A DNA stretch of 64,000 nt, taken from contig NC_042997.1 of NCBI RefSeq assembly GCF_006345805.1, positions 149,420,001 to 149,484,000 of the forward strand. Reading direction: 5' to 3'. Below, piece after piece: positions 42,746 to 55,989 of the stretch. The stretch is from Octopus sinensis (lineage: Eukaryota). The notes beneath the pieces were generated by a model. The model was not told the DNA's origin and did no database searches. It saw only the letters and a program-made list of their open reading frames with translations. Positions within the stretch are counted from its first letter, which is position 1. The number at the start of each line of letters is the position of its first letter. Made by a program: the position numbers and the translations under genes.

Positions 42746-43593
42746 GGAAAATAACAACAGCAACAACAAGAACAAGAAAAGGACAAGAGCAAAAAAAAAT
42801 ATAGTAATAGTATACTTAATAGTAATAAAGTGTCATTGTAATGACACAGCTTAGTAGTGGTCTTAATGCAAACGTCCAGTAGTGTTTCTGAAACGCCTCA
42901 ACCGTATTTGTTGTCATGAAAATAAGTTTTGATTTGAAATAAGAAATATAATGGCGGCTTTAATGAAACAATTGCATGATGATTGTTATAAAATCAGAAA
43001 ACCATTTTGCTTGATATGACTCGGTGATAGCTGGGAGCATACAATTCGACGGTCATTGTAAAGAAATAAAGCATAGTGGTTTTACCAGTGAGAAACTATG
43101 GAGATTTTAATCGAAAGAGATCATTGATAGTTGTAATGATTCAGCATTTTTTTATATAGAGTTAGTTCTATTGAAATAACTCAATACTAGTTGCATTAAC
43201 TCAACTAGATATATAAAATTAGCTAATGACAAAATTCAGTCGTGGTAGCAATGAAAGAAATTAGTAGTTGCAACAATAAGTCTATAGTTGTATTTTCTTC
43301 TGAACTTCTTTAATGTCACAGAAAACTAATTCGAAAAATCAGCAGAAAGCTAATTCCTCTTGTGTGACCATTATAAATCAAACTTGCGTGTTAGAATTTT
43401 AAAGTCGATTAATAAAGTAATTGCAAACAGTGGTGAATAAAAAAACAAATTCCTGTCGTGGATATTTTTTTCGATATAAGGTAGTAGATTCCCTATGGTA
43501 TCTTCTTGTGATTACATAACGGTTATGTAAACAACTCCCGCTATTTGCTGACAGAATTCTCACTCGACTGTGAGCGTGAGATACAGTTTAAAT

Positions 43594-43626
<33 letters not shown>

Positions 43627-44054
43627 CATACTTACATCCATACACACCCACACGCACACACAATATGATATATACATATAGATATAAATGTATATATACA
43701 GGCCGCGCGTGTGTATGTAGGTGGGCGCATGTGCTTGTGTGTATGTCTGTGTTACTGTAGGCAGTATATGCTTATTATATATATACATACACCCACAAAA
43801 AGGAAAACATGCTTCTTAAGTCGTCCGAATAGTAATGCCCAAATTCTGATATTTCTAAGTTGGATTGATCTGATTGACTTATGCATATATAACGACCGTA
43901 AATATAGATATGACCTGCTGCACATTTCAAGTAGTACATTACGCCGTTAAAGTATGTATTAGCATATGTGCCACTACTGAACAAGTGTTATAGCAGTGTA
44001 TCATTTCTGAAAAGATATTAATATGGCATAAATAATCAGAAATCTTTTTTCAAT

Positions 44055-44255
44055 ACTAGGCATAGGCCCAAAATTTTGGGGAATGTGGCAGTCGATTAGA
44101 TTGACCCCAGGACGCAACTGGTAATTAATTATCGATCCCGAAAGGAAGAAAGGCAAGGTCGACTTCGGCGGAAATTGAAATCAGAACGTAAAGATAGACG
44201 AAATAAGGATAAGAAATTTCGCGAAGCGTGCTATCGTTTCTGCAAGCTCGCTGCC
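44055..44255 (-). mobile_element. SINE, diverged copy related to 9097-9329
   Basis: GTCGATTAGATTGACCCCAG..AAAGGCAAGGTCGACTTCGGCGG..GCTCGCTGCC. Confidence 0.8.
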
Positions 44256-44314
44256 TTTAAATAATCGGAAATATTGATTGTGTATAGGGAGTTTATTGCT
44301 TAAACAAGATACAT

Positions 44315-44580
44315 GATTCAGTAGTTAGAGCGTCGGGCTCACAATCATGAGGTAGTGTGTTCGAATTCCAGACCAGGCTGTTCGTTGTGTTCCGGAGTAA
44401 GATATAAATGCGTTGTTAGGTCACTAGTAGCAAAGTGTATCAGCATATGGCTTTCCCTTGGATAAAATCAGTGTCATGAAGAGGAGAAGCTGGTATGCAT
44501 GGGAAACTGCTGGTTTTCTATAAACAACTTTACCCGGACTTGTGCCTGGGAGGAGAACTTTCTAGGTACAATTCTATGGT
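44315..44580 (+). mobile_element. tRNA-derived SINE
   Basis: TCAGTAGTTAGAGCGTCGGGCTCACAATCATGAGG..GTTCGAATTCC tRNA-like head. Confidence 0.65.
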
Positions 44581-45883
44581 CTTTGCTGTTTAATCTTTCA
44601 TAAAGAAAAGAACCAGTCTAAGTCAGTTTGTAATGCTTAAGGAAGGAGATTTGAAATTAAAGGGCGAATAGGTCGACTGATTCAGTTCATCAAAGGCTCA
44701 GTTCCTTAGAACTTGGTTGACATGTAATATTACATTCATGGGTGAAGAATCAATCTGGAAGCTGAATTCAAGATACTGAACAGTTTAACGGCATCTACAA
44801 TGGCTTATAAATGTACGAAAGCTTGGTAAAAGGTTTCCTCATAACCTGACAAAAAAAAACCCTGCAGTGCATTTGAATATTTGCAGTTCTTTATATACTG
44901 TTCATTCTAAAATTAACTTTTTACTTTATTTTTTAATGCTATTTCATTTGAGTTTGTCTGCAAACAAAATATATGTGAGAAAAACAACAAACAAGAAAGA
45001 GGATGGGATTTAAATCAATTGAGATGAAGAATAACAAAATGATAGAATAACAAAGAGACGCCTCGAAATACAACTGAGATTATTAAGTAATACATGCCAA
45101 TTGCAAATACTTTGTATCAATTAGTACTACCTTTTAAGTGACAGAGTCATATTAACCAACCAAATTTGAAACTTTATTCATGCTTCAATAAATTTACGAG
45201 AGAGCAGAAAATCTCTTCCTAACTTTACTTACTGAATTGCTATGTGCAGAACTTGCACATTCTTAACAGAGAAGGAACATCTTTCAAGCTTTCAACTGCA
45301 TTCACTAAATTATTTCCTTCGTTAAGAGGGAACTTGTTAGCTCTTTGCAAAACAATTGAACCCCGATCTGTATAGTAGATTAAATTGATACTCAATCTCC
45401 CACCGTATTGCATATAGATCACAAATATTGACATTGCACAGACAGTGGATGAATACGCTATTCTTTTATTTACGATGTATACATCATTGACCATCAACGG
45501 AGATGGCAATTAGAACAATATCATGTCTGTAGAGTATATCTCAAACGAGCAATCACACTCTGTAGAGCAGAGAGCAGAGAGCAGAATGACTTTTGCAAAT
45601 TGCCCAGTAATAATAGTTTTAAATTTTGGTATAAGGCCAACAATTCCAAGCGAAGAGGAACTCGATAGTAACGACTCTAATGCTTGAATGGAACTTATTT
45701 TATCGAGAGAATGAAACGCAAGGTGGACCTTAGAATGTTACCAGGGACAAAAGCCCGTTTAGCATTTTCCTCGACGTCCAAACGATTCTTTCAGATGCCG
45801 CCTTCAACTGCCCAATAATAATAGCAATAAATATTTTTGCCGTACAAACAATACCAGAAATTTGGCAAGTGAGATACCTAACA

Positions 45884-45884
<1 letters not shown>

Positions 45885-45967
<83 letters not shown>

Positions 45968-45980
45968 GTCTATCTATCTG

Positions 45981-46062
<82 letters not shown>

Positions 46063-46158
46063 GAGAGAGATCTATGTGTCTATCTATATATCCATCTATC
46101 TGTCTGTCGGTCTGGTATCTCTATCTATCTATCTATCTAATCTATCTATCTATCTATC

Positions 46159-46195
<37 letters not shown>

Positions 46196-46230
46196 CTATC
46201 TATCTATCTATCTATCTGTCTATCTATCTG

Positions 46231-46316
<86 letters not shown>

Positions 46317-46373
46317 GAGAGAGATCTATGTGTCTATCTATATATCCATCTATCTGTCTGTCGGTCTGGTATC

Positions 46374-46430
<57 letters not shown>

Positions 46431-46448
46431 ATCTATATCTATATCTAA
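45885..46448. repeat. (TATC)n/GATA tetranucleotide array with ~250 bp higher-order duplication
   Basis: Interrupting motif GAGAGAGAGATCTATGTGTCTATCTATATATCCATCTATCTGTCTGTCGGTCTGGTATCTC occurs at ~46060 and ~46315. Confidence 0.9.
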
Positions 46449-46951
46449 GCAGGCACTCGCGCACACACAAACACACACATAGGATAAAATTCAGTTTATT
46501 TAAGGCTCAGTAATGCGGTGTAAAAAGAAGCACTAGGACGCAGAATGTTCTATCCGAGTACAACAATAGATATTACTACAAGCTATTGTGACATATATTT
46601 TATTGTCTACGTTAAAGGAATTGGATCACTGCGTACACCTATTAAAAAATTTTCACATACAGAAACAATGTTTCGGCAATTTACGAAGGCCGGGAAAACA
46701 ATTTTTGAAAATAATGGCAGCGTGGAAAATATCAGATTTATACTCGGATTATGTATCTCGTTCTGCTGCCTGTTGAAGGTGCTAGGCAAGTGTCTAATAA
46801 TTTGTCCACATACACACTGATAAACACACAGAGACACATACACAGGTGTGTATGGGTGTGTGTGGAGATGGTTGTGAGATGATGGGTATGTATATATCCA
46901 TCTACAACTATATATATATGTATATATATATGTGTGTGTGTATGTATATAG

Positions 46952-47037
<86 letters not shown>

Positions 47038-47389
47038 GAATATATATATATATATATATTATATATATACATATATATATATGCATATTAGTGTGTGTGT
47101 GTGTATACATTCACAGAAAGGAAAAACAGAATTTACGCAACATTTGATATATATTCCATTACACACACACATACACACCCATATATGTTTGTGTGTGTGT
47201 GTGTGTATATGTATGTATATATAATTTTATCTATATATAGTGTATGTGTATATATGCTATTACAAAGGAAATGAAAATGACGAGGTGGCATTTAATTTGT
47301 TCTGTTTAAATATATTTTTATATTGGCGAGTGAATAGATATTTTCGCCAGCACGTACACACATATACACGCACACACGCAGACACAAAA

Positions 47390-47439
<50 letters not shown>

Positions 47440-47963
47440 TGTGTGTGTGCATGCGTATTTATGTATTTTTGGATGCCCGTTTCTATGATGTTATATGTGT
47501 ATTTAAAGTAGAATACAACTTTTGTAAGCGATCGTCATTTTGTAACGAATGATTTCGTTTTAGTGATAAATTTTTACTTTTATTTTACGATATGTCTTAT
47601 AAAATATGATATATCGTTTCTCGCACGCAATTATTGTTTTCTCACCTTTTGTTTCAAAGGTAGACGACTAGGCACTACTTATCTATATTATTTCGAAGGT
47701 TATATGTTATAGGATTTGTATCTATCTATACATCTATATTTTGCCTTCTCTATCTCTGTTTTCCTTCTAATTATATGTTTGTGTGTGGGTATAGATATGT
47801 ATCATTATATATAAACATATACATACACACACATATATGTGTATATGTATATATACATGCATTCATACTTACAAACGTATATGTTTATATGCATATATGC
47901 GTGTGTGTTATTGTGGAACCAGAAGGTATATCTATCTATCTCTTCCCCTTCTGTCTCTCTCTC

Positions 47964-48009
<46 letters not shown>

Positions 48010-48622
48010 ATATATATATATATATATGTGTGTGTGTGTCTGTGTGTGTATATATATATACACATACACACACACATATATGTATACATATATATATGTG
48101 TGTGCGCGTGTATTTACATTAGTGTATATGTGTGCATCAGTCTGTGGTCTGTGCGTTTGTGTGTTTTGCTTAATACAGCTATTCATTTAGTGTGTGTTTG
48201 TATATATATATTTATATGTGTGTGTGTTTGTGTGTGTTTAGGATTTATCCTATATAAAATGGCTAAAACGTAACCTATATTCTAAGCTATTAAATATTGA
48301 TTTATCAGTCTATTATGTATCGCTTCATCTGTCTGTATATTTATCTATTTATATTTTCTGCAGTCGTTTATGTTTTGAAAGTTTTTCTATGATTTAATAA
48401 TGGTTCTATAAAAGAAATTATATACGTATTATTCATGGTTTATTATATGATAATTGAAGCACTATTTTCCTAAACCTGTTATTTGAACAAAATATGCGTC
48501 GCTACATTTTGTACATTATTCAAAATAAAGTGTACATACACGGCCGCACACAGAAACAGGCTCACACGCACGCACTCACCCACGCATACACACAAATGTA
48601 CACATACATATACATACATACC

Positions 48623-48666
<44 letters not shown>

Positions 48667-48783
48667 ATATATTTATATATATATGTTTATATATAGTTAA
48701 AATTTAAAGAAAACGAAAGACAAAGATTGGTATATGAAAAAGAAGCAGGTATTATAGTTTGACGCTCGGGGAAGTGAGAAAAT

Positions 48784-48820
48784 CTTTTACGTTTCGAGCC
48801 TACGCTCTTGAACAAAAGGG
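48784..48820 (-). ncRNA. degenerate minimal hammerhead motif (PLE pLTR-like)
   Basis: Minus strand GAGC-GTAG-GCTC-GAAA-CG-TA-AAAG; stem II and GAAA intact but core reads TGTTCAA. Confidence 0.35.
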
Positions 48821-48882
48821 AATAAGGAAATATAAAAGGACGAAGAATAATACAAACGTGTTGACTTAGCGGTCAAGCATGG

Positions 48883-48920
<38 letters not shown>

Positions 48921-49346
48921 AGATCAGATTTTCTAAGACCTATTTCCTCTCCGCTACGGAATTTAAAATCCAATGATGGTAGTATCTTGTGACAAAGACT
49001 CCGAGGAGAACGTATAATAAAAATTTTGTGAGGAACATATATATAAGATAATTTCATTAAGCATCATGTGGTGTATATTTAAACGACTATACCTTCTCCG
49101 CGTGATCGTTATATAAAAGGACTTTCTATTACGCATACAAATTTTGTATACACCGATTTTCTCATGAATCTTCAGATGTGCACGAAATATCTTATCAAAC
49201 GTTGAAATTAGTCAACTGTAAACCGTATACCACATACTACTAGTGAACTATAGAGGAGAAAAATGTCGTTGTATGAAAATTTTATAATATTCATTTGGAT
49301 TAAATTACGAGAAATGCATACAACGGAACAAAATTCATTTCAAAAT

Positions 49347-49381
<35 letters not shown>

Positions 49382-49391
49382 GGCATTATTA

Positions 49392-49422
<31 letters not shown>

Positions 49423-49611
49423 CATTATTATTATTATTATCCATAATACGTGTTTGGATTCTTTCCCCTCAGTGTGACACACACGACGATTTCTAATAGT
49501 AGTTATATATGTATATATATATATATATATATATGGTTATTAAGAAGGACAACAAACGTTAAGGCAAGACAAACATCTCAAGTCACATACGTTATTATTA
49601 TTGGAAAACTT

Positions 49612-49666
49612 CAAATTCTTACAGCTATTTCTGGAGATATCCAAAAGTATGGGATATCAGAGACAA
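49612..49666 (-). ncRNA. degenerate hammerhead motif (PLE pLTR-like)
   Basis: Minus strand CTGA-TATCC..GGATATCTCCA-GAAA-TAGCTG-TA-AGA; part of the core appears deleted. Confidence 0.35.
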
Positions 49667-50115
49667 ATAGGGAAAATTTGAGGGTTAGAGATTAATGAAG
49701 CGATGATATAGAGGACAGGAGGAAGGCAATAAAGAAATGAAGAAAAGGAGTGAAAAAGGAAAAAGAAAATAACAAGCATAAATTTATATGTATATACAAT
49801 AATAATAATAATAGTATTAGGGAGTAAATCCAAACATTTAAATTTAAATTATTCAAATTTTAAACTTTATATTTTATATATTTTGTATATTATATTAATT
49901 ATGCTTATTTTTATGTTTTGGTTTATGTTTTTCATTGTTTCATTTGCCTAATAGTGGTTTTATCTCTAATTTAATTTATATATATATATACATACATATA
50001 TATAAGATATACATACACACATACGCACAGACACTCACAAACACACACACACACATATATATATATATATGTGCGATATACATGCACACACACATATATA
50101 TTATGTTATATATAT

Positions 50116-50177
<62 letters not shown>

Positions 50178-50451
50178 TATATATATATACGAGTGTGTGT
50201 GTCTATATATATATATGTATATATATATATGTATATGTGTGTGTATATATATATATATACTGTATATATATAAATGTTTTGAGAAAGAATATGATTAATC
50301 AGACATTCCCTCTCCAAGTTAAGATTTGCACTTAGATGTGCTCAAGAAAATCTTGAGACAAAAGATAAAATATATAGTATGAAGAACTGTAAGACCAGGT
50401 AATTTAATCCATAAACATGACTCCGATTTCAGATGAATTTAAAGAACAAGT

Positions 50452-51040
50452 ATATACATGATACATTAAAAATATATAAATACATAGACACTTTTTAAAA
50501 ATCTATAAATAAATAAATATATCAAAATTATAGTTATAAGATAATAAAAATATTAGATGTAGACATAAATATATTAAAGCATATATATAAGTAATTATAT
50601 TGAAGAATGTCTGAAGTAGTGACAAAAGTGAAATAAAAATGATACAAGGAGGAAGGAAATTAAAAGTCAGGATAGTGAAGAATAGTATAAATAGTGTACC
50701 AACTGCCGTTTCCAAGGGATAATTGCCTGTAGAAACAAAGGGATATAGTACCCATTATTTAGCAATTCCTACTTTTTCAGGTTTTACACTTGTAAGTTGA
50801 CAATCTGTTACCCTGAAGAATGAGGAATTGCTAAATAATAGGAACTATATACCCTTATGTTTACCGATTATTAACCTCCAGAAACGGTCGCTGGTACCCT
50901 ATTTTACTATTCTTAACTATCCTGACTTTTAACCTCCTTCCTCCTTGGATCATTTTCATGACACTTTCATCACTACTGCAGACTGTCTTCGATATATTTA
51001 CGCATACCTGTATGTTTTCATATATTTTTAATCTATCATG

Positions 51041-51045
<5 letters not shown>
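50452..51045. repeat. diverged head-to-head inverted pair of PLE pLTR-like copies, each with a degenerate hammerhead
   Basis: 50452-50783 aligns to the reverse complement of 50811-51045 with many substitutions and one ~90 bp indel. Right arm has CTGAAGA 50813-19, TGAGG/CCTCCA, GAAA 50881-84, CGGTC; left arm core reads CTGAAAA. Confidence 0.75.
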
Positions 51046-51071
<26 letters not shown>

Positions 51072-51691
51072 TATATTGAGGGTACTACTATTCGTAGAAA
51101 CCAACACGCTAAGAGGGACCAATGCGGTCGAAACTACTAAAAATAAACAAAATTTTACCGAATGCAAAACTTCAAAACACATCATTTTAAAAAAGAATTC
51201 AGTTACATACCACGCATTTAAATGCAGAATATGCATTTCTATGTTCATCAGTGCAACAAACTCAAGAAATATAATAGAAAAACATAACATTACAAGCTCG
51301 ATAGCCAACCGTAGAATTCGTCGTAGCACGTCCGAATGTTTATCTTTATATATCTATGAAAATGGCGGGCTCATTCGCAATGCATTTCGGTAACAAATTG
51401 TCTATTCGGAATAAAAATTCAGTATTGAACTATTCCGGTGGAAAATATAAATTAACAATTGAGGATAAAATCTTTAAAAGAAATTATCAGTAGTCAGCGT
51501 GAAAAACCTCGTAAGAGAAAAAATCCGTAAATTCCTCCTCTTTGAAAATATTCATTTATATTATATTGAGGGTACTACTATTCGTAGATACCAACACGCT
51601 AAGAGGGACCAATGCGGTCAAAACTACTAAAAATAAACAAAATTTTACCGAATGCAAAACTTCAAAACACATCATTTTAAAAAAGAATTCA

Positions 51692-51756
51692 GTTACATAC
51701 CACATGTGATTTCGCATTTAATGCAGAATATGCATTTCTATGTTCATCAGTGCAAC
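51692..51756 (-). ncRNA. type I hammerhead ribozyme motif, array copy 2
   Basis: Stem I GTTGCA/TGTAAC, CTGATGA, stem II ACATAGAAATGCA-TATTC-TGCATTAAATGC (A.C at the closing pair), GAAA, stem III ATCACATGTGGT, GUA. Confidence 0.65.
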
Positions 51757-52249
51757 AAACTCAAGAAATATAATAGAAAAACATAACATTACAAACTCGA
51801 TAGCCAACCGTAGAATTCGTCGTAGCATGTCCGAATGTTTATCTTTATATATCTATGATATATAATTTTGTTTATTTTTAGTAGTTTTGACCGCATTGGT
51901 CCCTCTTAGCGTGTTGGTTTCTATGAATAGTAGTACCCTCAATATAATATAAATGAATATTTTCAAAGAGGAGGAATTTACGGATTTTTTCTCTTACGAG
52001 GTTTTTCACGCTGACTACTGATAATTTCTTTTAAAGATTTTATCCTCAATTGTTAATTTATATTTTCCACCGGAATAGTTCAATACTGAATTTTTATTCC
52101 GAATAGACAATTTGTTACCGAAATGCATTGCGAATGAGCCCGCCATTTTCATAGATATATAAGGATAAACATTCGTACAAGCTACGACGAATTCTACGGT
52201 TCGCTATCGAGCTTGTAATGTTATGTTTTTTCTTATATTTCTTGAGTTT

Positions 52250-52314
52250 GTTGCACTGACGAACATGAAATGCATATTCTGCATTTAAATGCGAAATCAC
52301 ATGTGATATGTCAC
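52250..52314 (+). ncRNA. type I hammerhead ribozyme motif, array inverted copy
   Basis: GTTGCA, CTGACGA 52256-62, stem II, GAAA 52293-96, perfect palindromic stem III ATCACATGTGAT, AUA site, TGTCAC (one stem I mismatch). Confidence 0.6.
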
Positions 52315-52564
52315 TGAATTCTTTTTTAAAATGATGTGTTTTGAAGTTTTGCATTCGGTAAAATTTTGTTTATTTTTAGTAGTTTTGACCGCATTGGTCC
52401 CTCTTAGCGTGTTGGTTTCTACGAATAGTAGTATCCTCAATATAATATAAATGAATATTTTCAAAGAGGAGGAATTTACGCATTTTTTCTCTTACGAGGT
52501 TTTTCACGCTGACTACTGATAATTCTTTTAAAGATTTTATCCTCAATTGTTAATATATATATAT

Positions 52565-52636
<72 letters not shown>

Positions 52637-53543
52637 TTATGTATGTATTCAAATATAAGATTCATGCTCAGATCTCTAATAATAATCTTTGTTTCATTGA
52701 ATCTCCTCTCTCCCTAAACAAATCAATAAAATATGATTACTACCATCTCCAAATGATGTCTGGCAAAATTTCAGGGATTACCCGAAAATCCACCTATTAC
52801 CAAATAAACATCAGTCAATAGCCTTGTCTATGGGAATGATGTCGAAATATTCTATCAGGAGGTAGTTTTAAGTTAGACATGGCGTTGACCAATTTTGGGT
52901 GAATCGTATCTCAGTTTATCAAGTTAAGTTTATATAAAGGAAAATGCACAATCAATCGCAGATGCATGAAAATATATTTACATGTAATGTATATACTTTA
53001 AAATGTTCTACTTCGGCAATCGTGGCCAGTGCGACGCTCGCGATGCTGCATGTACAGGCAACCTACTCGATTATCGAAATTCATTTATTTGAATGTCCTA
53101 ATGAAACAAATCTTCATTTTAGGCTCTCATAAATTTCTTCTCTCCCACGAATTTCTTGCCTTTCTCTGATCAGTCGTTCCTCATCATATTGCAGCAACCT
53201 ACGTAGAATGGTGCATGGCTTGACTAGTAATATCACCAGTGCTTTACTCCAACGTGTGTTTTTTTCCACAATAAATCTCCGACGATCTATAACCGAACCA
53301 CTGTCCTGATTTCTTCCCAGCTTTGACCCTCTATAAAATCCAAAATTTATTTTAGAAGTTATGAGAGCAACTGCCTTCGAAGACGCTTATTGTTGTTGAA
53401 TGCTCGAAATGAGGAGTAGATACAGACGCGACAACTGACGAAGGGTTGTTCCTTGTGTTATTTGACCCGTTTTCATTTTTCTCTCTCGTTGTTTGCATAG
53501 TTAAATCGTATGTTTTTGCATTTCATGTTGTTAACAGTTAGTG

Positions 53544-53705
53544 ACATGCTGCACCGATATATGCATACACACACACACACATATATATATGTATTATATA
53601 TTATATATATATATATATTATATATATATATATATAATATGATATAATATATAATACATATATATATATGTGTGTGCGTGTGTGTGTATGCATATATCGG
53701 TGCAG

Positions 53706-53710
<5 letters not shown>
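53544..53710. repeat. palindrome centred on (TA)n
   Basis: ACATGCTGCACCGATATATGCATACAC... mirrored by ...GTGTATGCATATATCGGTGCAGGATGT. Confidence 0.85.
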
Positions 53711-53797
<87 letters not shown>

Positions 53798-53851
53798 TAT
53801 TGGTGAATTGAAGAAATGGAGCTGAACGCAGATTGAACAGAAATCGTTTTA

Positions 53852-53941
53852 TTTCATTCTACACGTGTTTCGAAAGGCACAATTTACCAAAATCCGATTG
53901 AATAATGGGACCATATTGTGTCTTTCTCTTCAGAAGAAAAT
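53852..53941 (-). ncRNA. type I hammerhead ribozyme motif in a PLE pLTR-like segment
   Basis: CTGAAGA (53927-33), 12 bp stem II GAAAGACACAAT/ATTGTGCCTTTC with G-C closing pair and one mismatch, GAAA, perfect palindromic stem III ACACGTGT, GUA; stem I is bulged. Confidence 0.65.
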
Positions 53942-54479
53942 AGGAAATCCGTTGGAAAAAACAAAAACAGAACAGAGGCGGAGCAAAAACAAATCGAACT
54001 AGGCTCCTAAGAGCCCATGGCGAAACTGTTTATCAGTGTATGTTGAGAACCGGTGGCTGAAGAATTTAACGGGTCAGGCATCGGTCAATCATGTGGGTGA
54101 GGGTGTGTAGATGTTCTTTGTGACCGAGAATAAAGTTCTGACTATTTAAGGAATATTGGATGTTTTATAAGGGGCGAGAAAAAATCTACTTAGAGACGTG
54201 TGTGTGTGTATACTGTTCTATATATGTGTGTGTTGGCGTAGGGGTAGAAAACATTTTTTGTGTACGTGTGTGCGTTTGATCGTTCGGCTGTCAGTGGCTG
54301 CTGCAGTGAGAACCGTTGGGTGGCAGAAAAAAAAATATATTATGTTTTATGTGTGTGTGTGTTCATCTAAGCCTGCCTTGTCAAGGAAACCCCCCGTTGT
54401 GAAAAAACCAAGCCCCGTTTACCTTACAGGAGTAATTCCCCTTGCAGTGGTTAATCGTTTTTTGCCATTATTATATTTT

Positions 54480-55090
54480 AACAATCTTTAGTTTTTTTTA
54501 GAAATCTGACACATCTATTTCTTTACTCTAACTCAGTTTTGCACTTTATGAACTATTTATAAATCGTTTTTTGCTATTTGTTTTAGAGATAGATCAGTCG
54601 GAAATTTGTACAGTTTTGAAATATGAGTTCTTTCTTGGAAATGCAGCATCAGAGACAGCTCGGAATATTAATGGAGTATTTCATTTTAATATTACTACAC
54701 AGCAGGCAGTATCAAATTACTCTGCAATATTTCGTTCTGGTGACTTTGACCTCACAAATGAGCAACGCAGTCGACCAGAAGCCACGGGGTATAATGACGA
54801 ACTGAAAGCGACCATCGAGTTAGATCCAAGTCAAAGTGCCCGTGAATTATTTTCGTTGTTTGATGTTAGCAAGCAAACAATATTGACTCACGTAGTTCAA
54901 ATCTCTAACGTGAAAAAATTGTATAATTGGGTTCCACATGAACTCAATAAAAATCAGAAACAGTAATGTTTGGAAGGCTGCATTATGCTACTTTCTCGTC
55001 ACAAAATGAATCATTTTTTAATCCAGTTGTAACACGTGATGAGAAATGAATCTAATACAACAACTGTAAACGTTCAGCACAATGGCTGGA
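54480..55090 (+). mobile_element. mariner transposon 5' half, transposase pseudogene
   Basis: ORF 54571-54966: YEFFLGNAASETARNIN..FRSGDFDLTNEQRSRP..WVPHELN (WVPHEL motif), then a decayed first-catalytic-Asp region (CDEK) followed by KRSAQWLDKD. Confidence 0.88.
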
Positions 55091-55989
55091 CAAAGACAAG
55101 CCACACAAAACACTCTAACCACTGAGCCATGCGCCTTCACATTGTAGTATGCCTCAATAATACATAGATATTGCACATACATGCAGAGTTGTGATAACGC
55201 TCAAGTGTTACACATTGCATGTGGATTCGCAAATGGTCATTTGAAGTCTATTCTCCATCATATATGACAGTTTTGCCGCATAATTAAATATTATGTACTG
55301 CATTGTTCAGAAATCCTGTTGTTTATAAATGAATATGAGTACAGAAGCTTTCAGTCAGGGTTGATATATATATGTGTGTGTGAGTTTGTGTGCTTGTGTG
55401 TATGTTTGTGTGTATGTGTGTGTGTGTGTGAGTGTGTGCGTGATTATGTGTGTTTGTTTGTATGTTTCGCTCTATCTAATTACCAATCTGTCTATCTATA
55501 GATTAATTATAAGATTCCATAGAATGATGGCACATCAACTAGTAGGACGCGAGACGTGGCTAGGTAAATAACGTATTGAAATCCAACAATAATGAGGGCA
55601 AGAAGTCTTGGTTGGAAACTGTAGATATGTAATTACCAGATCCGGTTTGTAAATCCGATTTGGGGTTTGTTCTAGGCAGAGACCTGAGTTTCCTTAAAAA
55701 TATGAGGGGGACAAACCAACATTTGTTGATTCTTAAAGGAGCAATTTAGCTTTGCTGGTGGCGCCTTTCCTGGAACCTATCACACACGGAAAAGTTTAAG
55801 CTAATTAAATTTCATATATTCAAATGAAGGTCAGATCTAAAAGAAAAAATAAACTGAAAAAGAATGTATTATATCAACCAAAAAATAAAGCATAGATAGT
55901 TGAATAAAGAAACATAAAGTAATTTTATTGTCTTTTAGAACTTTCCAAATATATCTTATGAAGCATCGTTGCTGTCAATAAATAATTTA

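Larger units (their letters stand above)
51068..52554. mobile_element. tandem and inverted array of a ~490-500 bp hammerhead-containing unit (candidate retrozyme / PLE pLTR array)
   Basis: Unit repeats at 51071 and 51561 (period 490). After a TATAT junction (51859-63) ~1.4 units run inverted (period ~498). Flanked by (TA)n on both sides. Confidence 0.85.

Noticed and set aside
49140-49185. CTGAAGA...GAAA on the minus strand
   Set aside because: Stems I and III do not pair
51068-52554. CRISPR-like or prokaryotic repeat array
   Set aside because: Repeats are ~500 bp monomers without unique spacers, and the context is eukaryotic
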